A stretch of DNA of 64,000 nt, from NCBI GenBank assembly GCA_044892505.1, contig CM097883.1, positions 446,028,001 through 446,092,000 on the forward strand. Direction: 5' to 3'. This document shows positions 1 through 12,572 of the stretch, piece by piece. The notes beneath the pieces are model-generated. The model did no database searches and was not told where the DNA came from. It saw only the letters and a program-made list of their open reading frames with translations. Within the stretch, counting starts at the first letter, position 1. Every line of letters begins with the position of its first letter. The stretch is from Schmidtea nova. Lineage: Eukaryota. A program made the translations under genes and the position numbers.

Positions 1-518
1 ATGGAATAATCAATATTGATTTCGCACATAGACAAGTTAAAATTAACAGTGTTTATTATTCTAATCTCATTGAACAAACTCGGAAACTTCGACGAAAAAA
101 GAAAAACACAAATTTGTGGCTGCTTCACGACAATGCTCCAATTCATACATCAAAACCTGAGTCGGAGAAAATTGTTCGATGTGGCTTTTCAACATTGGAA
201 CATCCTGCTTATAATCCTGATCTGGCTCCAAGTGATTTCTATTTATTTAGACATTTGAAGAAACACTTGGCTGGTAAATTCTTTGTTTCTAGTGATTCAC
301 TAAAGGAGGAAGTAACAAAATTCTTCGACGAAAAACCAAAATCGTTCTACAATAACGGGTTTTTAGAACTTCCTGTTCGTTGGAAAAAGTTTATCGAGAA
401 CAATGGCTCTTACGTTGAAAAATAAGCCTAGACATGTCGTAGATTCTAAAAATAAATGTGTTTTGTCAATATCTTTTGTTTTTGATACCGACTGCAGGTA
501 CTTAATGAACCAACCACG
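1..518 (+). mobile_element. mariner (DD34D) transposon, 3' part with transposase C-terminus and right ITR
   Basis: The frame running 1-425 reads ...WLLHDNAPIH...HPAYNPDLAPSDFYLF...RWKKFIENNGSYVEK*, giving the second and third catalytic D motifs. It ends in ...aaccaaccacg (518) followed by TA, a terminus related to the 15282-16285 element. Confidence 0.9.
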
Positions 519-591
519 TATATTCTATTTTCCATATTTGTGGCTCCTAGCAGACAGTTTGATTAGCTCTTAAGAATTAAGACATTTTTAA

Positions 592-770
592 CCCCTTGCG
601 AAATTTTCTTGAAATGAAGTTGGCAGCCAACGTGTTAAATGAGAAGGAAAAGCAGACTATTGAATTTGCAATGTATCAATGTATCAATTTACGCCTATAA
701 TCACAATGCTCCCATATCATACACACCCCCATGATTTTGTGCCATTTTATTGCCATCTATTCGGTAACTT
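592..770 (-). mobile_element. possible piggyBac-like 3' remnant
   Basis: TTAA (588-591) followed by CCCCTT terminus. The minus strand has a decayed NHGGV.D and IA.NS pattern resembling the piggyBac YNxxMGGVD region, with frameshifts. Confidence 0.35.
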
Positions 771-1130
771 CAAGTGCGACGTGTGAAGCTGGCATTTCAC
801 ATAAAAAGAAGAATGGAAGGACGTAGTGAACTGATTTTTCGATAAATAAATCGCAGATTTCATCTAAAAAGGCAGTGCTGAAAATTTGTGTTGAATTATA
901 GGGAAAACATTTTTTCATCTATTGTTTGAAAAAAGTTTAATCGAAAAAAGATCAAAGTTGAAGAAGGTTAAAGATTTCAAAAGTATATATTAGGACAAAT
1001 TAAGTTATTCCTAAAAAGCCAATAAATCCTTCAATGGATGCGCAAAGGATTTTGTTAACAAATGTAGCAACTCATTTTGGACGGATATTAATAATTATTT
1101 TATCTTTTACAGCTGTCATTAGTATTTTAC

Positions 1131-4100
1131 TTTTTCTTCGTTTCTTCCGTTTGATATGACACCTTGAACTGGTAGCTGACATTTAGGGTTTAAAAGAATA
1201 ACGCGCTCTTCTACTTCAATTACCGTTGAATACAACATTTCTGGCATCTCGATTTTCTAAACAATGTCAACTTGATAAATTCTTACGTCGTAGAAATGTT
1301 GAATATATAACAAATAAAAGAACAATGTAATAATAACGAGATTTTTGGATAATTTTTCATAATAAAGGTTAAAAAATCATGATTGAATTTGATTGAAGAC
1401 AAATCTTTCGAATGGGATAACCGACTTCGGAAATAATTTGCATGTTGGAATTGGTATTGTAATGATAAGGTTTTTACATTCATTAATTCAAAAATGTCTT
1501 ATTGCAAAACACATTGAGAAAAAATTTTAAAAACTTCTTAGTTATTCAAGCAAATTTCTTAAGGGGGGGGGGTTGAAGCCCCATAGTTCTCTATAGAAAT
1601 TTGCACATTTTTGCCGAATTAGATCAGACGAATTAAATGACTAATCGACACGAAATTTTTTACAGGTATACGCTTAACCTATATATTTTACTTTACATTT
1701 CGCAGAAATTTTTATCATATTTTTTAAAAAGTAGAAATTTTTTTCCTAAAGTATGTATCGAAACATAAAATTTTCAATGACACTTGTTAATTTTATCCAA
1801 AAATAATTAGGTTCACGTTATTTTACATAACATATTGGTGTAGAGCAATTTATTTATGACTCTTTAGGATGAGACAGTTCCTAGTTAATTCAAGAAAGAC
1901 AAAAATTGTTAGCAAAACTATAATGGTGGGAAGCAGCACATTTATCTAAATGAAGATATTCAAAGCCATTTGTCACTGATAAAAGGTGATGTTCGCCAAC
2001 TCACTGGCATCACTCAGTAGTAAAATTTTAACACAATTGTTGAAGTTCTAATAATGCAAGAGACTGTTTAAAAATTTTTATTTACTTAACACAATGAATT
2101 TTACAACTCAATAAAAATTACCTTTCAATAAAATATAACTTTTTGCAATATATGTATGCGTGTTATGTTAATGTGTGCGATTTCCTGAGCTAGGATTTGT
2201 AAGTTTGTATGCTCGATTTTATATTGCAATATCGATTACCGAATTTGGGAATCTTCTAATGTTTCAATTTTTTGGGTGATTTGGCTAAAAAATCAGTCAG
2301 TTTAATATCAATTTTTAATGCTAATTTTTAAATCTGCCAATAATAATTGTTATTTTTCTACTTGAGTTGATTGAATTTGTTTCAAAACAGAATTGTTTTT
2401 TAACCTTGGAATTGAAGATATTATTTCATTTTGCTGATTTTTGTAGGTCGTAAATATAATTTATTTAAACAAACAGTTAAGGTATACTGTATTATTTATT
2501 CTATTTTTATAACTATTTTTATTATTATAATTTATTTTATTGAATTAAAATATTAAAATATTTTCCAAAATATAAATCAAAATATAAACCATTCTCCAAA
2601 TAGTTTAAAAAATTAATTTATATTAAATATTTTCAAAACAAAATATTTTTTCAAAATCGTATAAAAATTTATCATTAATTGTGTCCATCACCACAAAATA
2701 AAAATGTCAATAAATTTTCGCAAGATCAAATATTGTAAATTGATAAATTGTCAAAATCGTAGTCAAAAAATAATTGTCATTCGATCCATTGTTTGATCTT
2801 GATTGTCATCTACACGAACATTTATTCTATATTTTCTTCTTCCTATTTATAATCATCATTAATTTCAAATGAGTTGACTATTCTTCCTGTTTCAAACACA
2901 ATGATTCATGGTCATACAGCTTTCAAAAAATACAATAATTACAATTTCGATAAATTTTCAGTTTTTATGTGTCATCCTCCCCTAGAGAATCCAGGGGTAT
3001 TCAATATTAGTATTAAATAATAATATTGAAGTACAAATTCCAAATATTGGTACTGCATAACAATACTGGTCAAAGTCAAAAAAGTGCATATTACATTGAA
3101 AAAAAAATAAAAATATGGTATTTGACTAAAACGGCTCAAAATTTACCTGCAGATAACACAACAGTATATAAATTTTAAAATAGAAATTGAAATAGAAATT
3201 TGAAAGTAATATGACTGTCAATCAAAAAATATCTATCCTATTTACAAATAAAATCATAACTAGTTGAATGCTAAGTTACAGTTATAAAAAAGTGATAATT
3301 TTGGTAGAGATTGCTGACTACTTTTGAGTACTAATGATTGTTTTATTAATTACGATTTTTGACATTAATTTTAATTTAAATCTACGTTTTCAAATGTTTT
3401 GCGTGCTAAGAAAAAATAATTAGAATTATTCGAGACCTTTATTCATAAACCGATGAACTACACCAGAAAACGTTTAGTCTCAGTTCCTGTCGGCAGCAAC
3501 TCACAAAGTGCTATTGGTATCAGGGCCGGCTTTAGCTGGAAGCGATCGATGCAAAGCATCTGGCGCCTCTTGTAAAGGGCGATTAAAAATAGAATTTTAG
3601 TCTCTATTTAATATGTCAAAAAACATTAAAAAATTTATTTTTTAAATTTTTAAAGAATTTTTTTTTTAATTTTTTTAAAAGAAATTTATTTTAAATAAAT
3701 TTTCCTTGAAAAACTACGCACCTACTAGTTTTCAAAGTGTTTAAGAATTGTTTAGTTATTACGCAAAAAATTCAATTATACATGTTCAAATTGCCTTTAA
3801 AATATTCAGTTTAGTTATTTCGATTAAAAAAAATTAATGCAATATGTTTCGTGCCTGTTCAGGCAAACTCCAACATAATAATCAAACGTTTTATGATTAA
3901 TATCAATAATTCCCATAATGAGTGACTATAGATCAAAATTTCTTTAAATAAGTACACAATATTTCGGCACAACCTTTATCAAGTTTGATAAAGGCTGTGC
4001 CAGAATATTGTGTACTTATTTAAAGAAATTTTGATCTATAGTCATTCATTATGGGAATTATTGATATTAATAATAAAAAAAGATCAAAGGTGAAAAAAGA

Positions 4101-7100
4101 TAATCATGATAAACATTTTATGGAATATAAACACAATTCTCGTATTACATTTACACCTTCCGGATGCATGTTGAACTTATAACTGCTAAATATATAATTA
4201 CTTATTTTTGGTTTATAACAAGACTGCCCATATTTAAATGGGGAAAAAATATTCCTTGCGTTGCAAGTTGATCCCAAATAAATGCGCGGGGTTTAAATAT
4301 AGCATTGCTTTAAAATGGTAAATCCTGGCCGAAATGCAAAAGGTCCGCTATCAACTTGTCATTTACATTGGAACAAGTTAGAGAATATTTAATGACAAAT
4401 AATCAGTTGTGAAACGTTGACAATCACATTTATTCACATTAATACGGTTGAATTTAACAAAACAAACTTTGCACTAATTTAAAGTACATAACGCATAACT
4501 AAAATGGAGGTTTGAATTCAGAAATATTGTTTATTATTTAGACCTTTTCAACCTTCGGTTTCATCTAGCTATTGTAAGTTGAGCTTCTATAGAAAATGAG
4601 GGAATGAAGAAAATACATAAATATTAAACCTCCGGTACTCTGGAGTCCGGTACGTTGGAGAAGGTTCTGGTAAAAGAATATGATTGATAAAGCTATTTAG
4701 ACATTATTTTTTGTTGACAATGCCCTAAAACTCAAGTACTAAATTTATTTATACATTCATATTCATACACATCATAAAACAACACTCATTCCCATAAATT
4801 GGCAATGCTCTGAAATAAGTATACAGAGAATAAGTATACAGTTTTTTCCAAAGTATGGAGCATTTCACCATGACATACAAAAGAATGAACGATAACAGAA
4901 CGAAGGGCAATAAAGAAATTTAACTATCATCCTGGAAACCCATCTTACCAAATCGAATTAAAAGAGCACTCTAAACTTAAAACAGCATTTTCGACGAAAA
5001 ATAAGCAATACTGTTTTAAAAAGGTGCCGTTTGGAATTGCAGCGACACCTGGGACTTTTCAAAAACTAAGATACTGTCAGGGTTGAACCGGAAAGATGCT
5101 GCGGCATATTTAGATGATATTTTAATTTTTCAAAGTCTAGAAGAACATTATCAGGCAATAGAGCAAGTATTTATAAAAATAGAGAATGCAGGACTAAAAT
5201 TAAGCCCGTCACAGTAATATTTCAAGAAAAATGAAATAAAATTTGTTGGTCACATTATCAATAAATAAGGTGTTCAAGCAGATCCATTTAAATTAAAACA
5301 ATCAAAGATTTTGAAAGACCAGCGTGTTTAAAGAAGATAAGAGTTTCTTGGGTTTAGCAAATTATTATAGAAAATTTATTCAAGAATATACAAAACATGC
5401 AAAGCCGTTGAAAAAAATTGATGGACTGACGAATGTGAAAGAAGTTTTGAAATGTTAAAATACAGACTGAGTTCAACCCCAGTTTTGGTATAATCAAATT
5501 TCCAAAAGAAATTTATATTAGATACAGATGCAAGCTTCGATAGAAAATGGCCTAGAAAGAGTTATAGCTTATTGTCCTCATACAATGAGAAAACACGTAA
5601 AAGTTTACTGTATAACACTAAAAGAATTGCCTGCAATCTATTTTTAGTAAACCATTTCAAACATTTGTATGGAAAACAATTTATTCTACGAACGGATCAT
5701 AAAGCAATTACGTTCATGATCAAAACCAAGAAACCGTTGACGAGTAGTTTAGATATTGACTTACAGTAAAGAAATACATACGAATGCCGACGCGATGTCA
5801 TGAAGTGAAAGTTCATCATGTGTCCAGTGTCAAATGATACACTCTGATCCAAAAATAAGAAAATTAAAAAGAAAAGTATTGTCAATGATGACGAAGAAAA
5901 TATATGGCAGAAACAGTTAGACAAAATCAAAGATATACTTAAAGGAAAAATCAGTAAAATAGGACAAGTCAAATAATGGAATAGTAAAATCTGAAAATGG
6001 TACAATATGGATACCAGAAATTAAACAAGAATTTATTGAAAATTATCACAAGAAATTATGTCATGCGTGATGTAGAAGTAAATTTTGCTAATGAAGACAT
6101 GACAAACTTGATTAAAGATGTTGTTCAAAGCTGTGAAAATTGTCAAAAGAGAAAAGTGTTCACAGCTAAAACAAAACAAGAAATAAAATCACCTAAAAAT
6201 GTGAAACTATTTGAATCCATTTTTCAAATATTTCTGTATTCTTTATATCAACACTTCTAGGGCATGAAGTACACCTCCCTTTGTCAATTTTTGAAAGATT
6301 TTGCCTAGCTCTCTCTTCTTCTTTTACTTCTTTTTTATCAACTCTAGAAGTGTAAAGAAATTTCTCCTAGTTATTTTCATGTATTTGTTGATGTTTTTAT
6401 AGCAAACAAATACATTATATGCATCTAAATCTAGACTATGGCAGAAAATGACAAAAATCAAGCGACGAGTAGCTGTTCAACATGAGTAATAACGAAGCTA
6501 CTGGTCAAAAACATCAAAATTACAGTTTATCCAGTTGTAATTTCTGCACCAGTGTGTAAAGTTGAAATCAAAAGAATGTTTTTTGAAAGTTTTTTTTTCT
6601 CAGACAGATAACTCACCAAGATTTGCTCATTCTGAAAGCCATAGAGTAGAATTTTATGTGCGGTTACTTTTTCCTGTAAATTCTTTAAAAAGTTCTTTTT
6701 TTATTCTTTCTAATGGTGCTAAGAAATAATGTACTTTTCTGTAGAAGAGCTTTGGCGAGTAGAAAACATGTGGGAAAAATGTAGAACTTTTTGTTTCAAC
6801 GAAATTTGAGTCAAGTGACTGCTCAAAATCAATGGAATTAACTGTCTCATAATCGACTGGATGTGCATCACTGGCACTGTCAATCCCATCAGACAGTGAA
6901 TCATTTTCTCTCAAAATAGCTTCAAGTTCTTCTTCAACGTTCATCGAAACAGACAAACAGCAAAAAAAAATTTTTTTGTATTTTGCTTTTTTTGACTGAG
7001 GTCATAAAATGACTCCATCGGTATTTTACGTATAATTTATTTATTATGTTTTTATGCAAAAGGGTTATAGGAAAAATTCATTAATTTGTAGCCTCATAAA

Positions 7101-8086
7101 AGCAAATTATGAAAGGCCGGAAAACAAATAAATATAGCCGGGAGGGGCATAAAATGATCCCATCGGTAAAGTAAGGATTAATAAAACTTTTTAATCCATT
7201 TTGTTTAATTTTCTTCTGTCTTTTATGGGTTATGGGGGGGGGAATGGTTGTGAAAAAGTTATTGATTAAAATTTAAATTAATTAGCACTTAAAAATAAAT
7301 AATAGCACTTAAAAATAAATAATAGCACTTAAAATCAATAATAGCACTTAAAATCAATGACAGCACTTAAATTCAATAATAGCACTTAAAAATCAATATC
7401 ATCGAAATATCGAAGTATTGTTATTGACGGGGTATTGAAGTATTATGCGGAAATTCATACTGATTCAGCAAGCTCGCATCTACCTACCACGGCAGGTTTT
7501 TTATTCGTTGTTTTGGGAAAATTAATGTGAAAGCAGTATCAATAAGTTATTGATCAAAACATTTATATCAATTTTTCCTTGGCTATCAAAGTTATAACTC
7601 GATAATTTATAAAACCAGTAAAAAATAAGCAGAAAAGTATCACAAAATGACTAGAGGCATTTAAATAGGGAAAAGCTAACCAAATCGAAAATATTTGGTC
7701 GAGATTGATTACCAATAAAAAGAAGATCCCGAAAACCTTCAGTGATTAACAATGCACATGACTCTCCTTTGCGTTCCAGTAGAGCATTTGTAGCGACAGT
7801 TGTACCCATTCGAATCCATTCTATGTAATTAAAATCGACCTTTTTACCGACCTGTTGTGAGATCCCAACTTCCTGAAGTGATAAAAAAACATGTTCATTC
7901 AATTGGCGATTATCGGTTTTGTGGAATTACTTTCTCCACAATTCGTCTGATAGCCTCAAACGGAGCATCTTGATAATTTTCTGGATCTTCACTTAATAAT
8001 TTCAATGTTCCTATTTTATTGCAAGACGTCCTATACCAAACATCTGTAAATGTCCCGCCCCGATCAATTGCTATTTGCAATTTCAT
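1131..8086 (-). CDS. OPLAH: 5-oxoprolinase (ATP-hydrolysing), 5' exons: 8086-7931, 7872-7681, 1256-1131; continues left of the window or is not recognisable
   Basis: Spliced reading [16 protein letters not shown]...[14 protein letters not shown] / ...[17 protein letters not shown]...[19 protein letters not shown] / [19 protein letters not shown]. All introns are GT-AG and phase 0 (58 bp and 6424 bp). Exons are 156, 192 and 126 bp. Confidence 0.92.
3896..4071. repeat. near-perfect inverted repeat, two 87-bp arms with a 2-nt loop; each arm carries a hammerhead-like motif
   Basis: 3896-3982 is the reverse complement of 3985-4071 with 4 mismatches. The arms start ttgataaagg(c/t)tgtgcc(gaaa/agaa)tattgtgtac. 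Confidence 0.95.
4870..6258 (+). mobile_element. decayed Ty3/Gypsy pol (RT, RNase H, integrase zinc-binding part)
   Basis: KTAFST...[21 protein letters not shown] (~5107), [28 protein letters not shown], and H...CENCQKRK, with multiple stops and frameshifts. Confidence 0.88.
6260..7177 (-). mobile_element. piggyBac-like element, 5' end and decayed transposase N-terminus
   Basis: TTAA at 7178-7181 then tccttactttaccgatgggatcattttatg, with an internal repeat of that motif at 6999-7024. Acidic ORF 6956-6654 ([16 protein letters not shown]) is followed by decayed segments resembling ELxAF and MxRxxF motifs. Confidence 0.55.
7281..7397. repeat. minisatellite, about 6 copies of a 19-20 bp unit (aatagcacttaaaaataaat)
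   Basis: Direct inspection of the tandem copies. Confidence 0.9.
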
Positions 8087-8580
8087 TAGAAAATATTATC
8101 AGAATAAAATTTAATTTTCAAAAAACTATCATCATATTTGACCTTAGCTCCAAAAGAATTAATTATTAAAACATATTATTAAATATAATTTTTTTATTTC
8201 ATCTATAAATAGTTTTCTGCTTTATTGTTAATGAAAACCTGAATTTTATTTAAGATTTTTTATTTAACAACACTAAATAACAAATCTAATATAATTTACT
8301 TAAATGATTCAAAATATTTTAGGTGAATAAATAATTATAAACTCTATTATGCAACGATTATAATTTTATTATTCGACTTTATAAATTGGATTTTAAAATT
8401 TATTATACTAATGAATATCTTTTTTTTAATTTCTGGAACTTAATATTTATTCTTCTAAATATTTTAAATTAAACAATTTAATAAGTTATTATAATTAAAA
8501 TGTCTTTTTTAACTTTTACTCATGGGAAAATTTTTTAAAAAATGATTCATATTTATTTCAACAATGTCTAAATTAATTTA

Positions 8581-9139
8581 CCGTATATACTCGTGTATAA
8601 GCCGATCCGTATATAAGCCGAAGTGAGTTTTTATAGTCAATTTTTTGTCCAAAATCAAGTACCCGTATATAAGACGAGGTAAAAAAAATAGCTAAAATCT
8701 GACGAATTATATAAATAATCACAAAATCTTGTTTTTGACATGTGCACAATTTGAGAAATTCACAATTGAGCAACATGTTAGACAAAAAATTGTTTTTTGG
8801 TAAAATTTTTATTTCAAAGTATATGTAAATAATTCAACAATAATAATTTAATGCACATTAAATACCGAGTGTTTGCACCAAAGTTTTTTGCAAACAATAA
8901 ATACTAGTATAAAATCAATATTATAATTTACAAAAATTGGAATGGTCAGATTAATTGTTAATTATATATTATTTTTAATCTTACAAGAGTGTTAAATTAA
9001 ATATTATTTTTTAAATTAAAATTAATGTTTTTTGGCTGGCAAAAAGTATTGGTTTTTGTTACCCGTATATAAGCCGAATGGAAAAAATTAGCTTAAAAAA
9101 TTGCCCAAAATTTCTCGGCTTATACACGAGTATATACGG
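8581..9139. mobile_element. Tc1/mariner-superfamily (pogo/Tc2-like) MITE, 559 bp
   Basis: TIR ccgtatatactcgtgtataagccga and its reverse complement at both ends, TA on both flanks, and internal sub-terminal repeats ccgtatataag(c/a)cga. Confidence 0.92.
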
Positions 9140-9479
9140 TAAATGGTTGCGATTTTGTTTTATTTCTTTTTGAAAATTTGTATAACAGCTTTTGAGCAAT
9201 GGATTTATCTTTGAAAATAATTCTGGTATTGAACTTGAATCTTGATTTTGCCATAATCATAACTTGTGTTTTCTTTATTATTACTAATATTATTATCTAA
9301 ATTCTTTATTTTCTGTATGATTATTGTGGCATTATTAGGTACGATGATTGTTATTAGGATATCGGTTGAGCCCAGCCGAGTCAACTGTAAAAAGTGTTGT
9401 GACAGCTTGGGTGCTTGTTTGTTTGTTTTGTGTGCTTGTGTATGTTGGCTTATGCGTTGTTAAAAATTGTTATTTCTAG

Positions 9480-9720
9480 GGATTACGTTAGCCCATACAT
9501 CATCATGAAAATGTTAAATATCCCTTAATTGTGTACCCATAGTTACTTTTTAGTAATCTATGTTGGTAATGTACACAGTGGTTCAAGAATTCAATGAGCA
9601 GGTGAGCTTCGTCGTGAAAACTACTCCTCATTGCATTCACTCTTTCTGGTTCCTACTGCCGATATAAGGTCTTACGCTTATAATTACTCTATCTTTAACT
9701 TTCTATGACATCTCTTTATC
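9480..9720. repeat. dispersed repeat, inverted homolog at about 49900-50100
   Basis: Shared blocks in opposite orientation, e.g. gagtag...gctcacctgctca and taactatgggtacac. Confidence 0.7.
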
Positions 9721-9989
9721 CTATTTAACATTTACACTTAATTATTCCCAAAAATATTTCAATAACAATAAATAAGATATTTAAATTCAGAAATTAATGC
9801 TCAAGTTGCCCGTTCTATGGATTTTTAGAATGTGTTTAAGTAATTGAATGTTGTATGTTGCGAATTGTGGTTACAAACTAGTACTATTAATTAAAACTAA
9901 AAAATAATGTGAATATAAAAACTTGTAATAAATTTATTCATTTGTATTGTGCGACTTGTGTAGTTGTGTTATTTTAATGATGTCATTAA

Positions 9990-10280
9990 ACTTTGCTTGT
10001 ATCTCCGTCGAATGTATTCTTAATACTGCTTTTAAATGATTATCACTCAATTTTGATCTTAATTTCGACTTATTTATGCTCATAATTGAAAACGTTCTTT
10101 TTCGCAAATATATGTGCTCCCAAATAATGAAAACATTTGTTGAGTTTTTTCGTTATTTTCGTATAATTCACGCATGATAATCCTTTATAAAAATCAAGGA
10201 AGGAGTTTTTCCGATAAGAATTCTTAGCATCAATATTTTCCTGTAATTCTATCAATTCAAATTGCATGTCTTCAGAAAGA
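9990..10280 (-). mobile_element. hAT (Buster/Charlie-like) transposase C-terminal remnant
   Basis: MQFELIELQ...FY; a frameshifted FGSTYICEK.FS...KSKLRSKLSDNHLKAVLR dimerisation motif. Confidence 0.8.
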
Positions 10281-10369
10281 TCACGCGGGTTGCAAGAAAA
10301 TGAATCTAAAATAAAATGTAGTTGACCGCGTGACTCTTAAAATCATACAAGATAAGTAATTTGATTTTT

Positions 10370-10972
10370 TTGTCATCCTGCTGTAAAAACGGTGAAAAAT
10401 AAGTTTGATGAATGCGTGGCGGCGATTGAAGCTCCATGTGATCCTCTTGAAAATGTGGAAACAAAAGGTGCAGCACAAAGTCTGAGATTTTACGTTTCTG
10501 TGCTACTTTTACTTTTGGGTTGCTGTACTGGAGGAAGTTAATTTGACACAGCAGTATCTGCAGACTAAAGGCTTAACCCTTGACAAAGTAGTGACCAAGT
10601 TAGAGTCATTAAGACTTTTTCTGCTGGAGAAGTGCTGTCACTTAGTGGAGCATGCAATTGAAAAGGCACTTTTAAAAGCAGAGCAATTCGGAATAACAGT
10701 AGAGAGAAGATTAAGGTTCAAGAAGAGAATGGCAAGGGAACAACTCAGAGATGCTGGACACACTATGCAAGAAGAAAACAATAGGGCGATGCTGGAGTGT
10801 ATTGATCGTTTTCATTCTGAACTCCAGACCAGGTCAACAGCTATCAAGGAAGTAGCAAATATATTTTAGGATGTTCAAGAAAGGAGTCTTCTATCAGAAA
10901 CTGAAGAAGAGTTGCTGGAGTCAGTTCGAAAATTGACCACTTTCTATGATGAGCTATCCGAAGTAGAGCTTT
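10370..10972 (+). mobile_element. hAT transposase internal remnant
   Basis: EVNLTQQYLQTKGLTL...RRLRFKKRM...MLECIDRFHSELQTR, typical of mid-region hAT transposases. Cut off by a TTAA-CCCT element at about 10974. Confidence 0.7.
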
Positions 10973-10973
10973 T

Positions 10974-11400
<427 letters not shown>

Positions 11401-12055
11401 AAATTTTAAATTTTTAAATTTTTAACAAAAAACATTTAAAAACAATTAAGAATTTTTAAAATTTTTAAAAATTTATATTAATCAGATTAACATCCAATGA
11501 AAAGGAAGAGAAATCACGAAAAAAGAAACAACAGAATGAATGAAGATACCAGTTATTTGCCGAATTAGAGATTGACGAGGATTATTTTATAATCGAAAAT
11601 TTTCTCACTTAATAAAATTATTTTTGCAGCAAAGGCTTATTTTGTTACTTATTTATTAATTAATTTAATACTTAATGCTGCTACCAAGGAATTACCATTT
11701 TATAAGCATCATCTAAAATCACACCTTTTACCCTTTTTGTTTCAAGATAAATCAAACACCTTAACCTCTCTTGGTTAATTATTACATCGTAAACTAAACA
11801 TTTATTACGAAGGAAAGTAAACGCCATCTAGATCCAGCAAATATAAGGTTAAATACTGTTGAAATGGATAACTTTAGGAATAAAAAAGTATCCGAATTGG
11901 TTTATCGCCAAAAGTTGTGAAATGAATTTTCGTAGGAACAAGATGAATAATGTGTCTGCATGGTTTGATACATTTTGTCGAGTGCTTAGATTGTATGAAC
12001 GTTGGCAGGATGTCAAATTTAGAAGAGAGAATTATGTATAATTAAATTCAGCCAG

Positions 12056-12572
12056 GTGGAAGCCAAAATTGAAGAGATACTGAGACTGATCACAGAAAAT
12101 GCACGAGGCAAACGGCGCATCGACGCCAGGCTCTCCGACATGGAGGAGGAGTGGAAAATTAACGGAATCTCACTACAAGATATGAGGATCCGGATGGAAA
12201 AGTTTAGGTCTCGGTGCCGGTCGATTGAAGCGGCCTAGACTAACAAAATGATCACCGAGACGCTAAAAAGACTGATTCAAATGCTGCAACCACAATCCGC
12301 CAAGGATGCCGTCCAACTCCGGGCGCTCAAAATGGTCGTGAAAGATGCGGATGCAGACTGACACTGGCATCGTTTCGGCCGTTCTTCGCTCGATCGAATT
12401 ATTTCCTGTACGGGCAGAAGAAAAGCAATCAGCTATTAAAGCAACAGAGAAACTGAAACGCTGGAAACCCAGTAAAGGCTTCAGAGCACGACGCAAACGC
12501 CGTCAGGAAGCCTTTGTGCTGGGGTAAATCCAAAAAATATCTTTGGAAACTATAGACCTTACCGTATTGTAA
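12056..12572 (+). pseudogene. decayed paralog of the orphan coiled-coil gene at 19153-19719
   Basis: Shares EAKIEEIL, RMEKFRSRC, DAVQLRA.KM, GIVSAVL, W.PSKG.RARRKRRQ.A and KISLETIDL. It has a GTG start, an in-frame TAG at 12236 and frameshifts. Confidence 0.85.

Noticed and set aside
3521-3590. hAT-MITE left end cagggccggc
   Set aside because: No matching right TIR or TSD found.
7281-7397. CRISPR-like array (also 29230-29700 and 55400-59960)
   Set aside because: Eukaryotic context, degenerate tandem units, no unique spacers and no cas genes.
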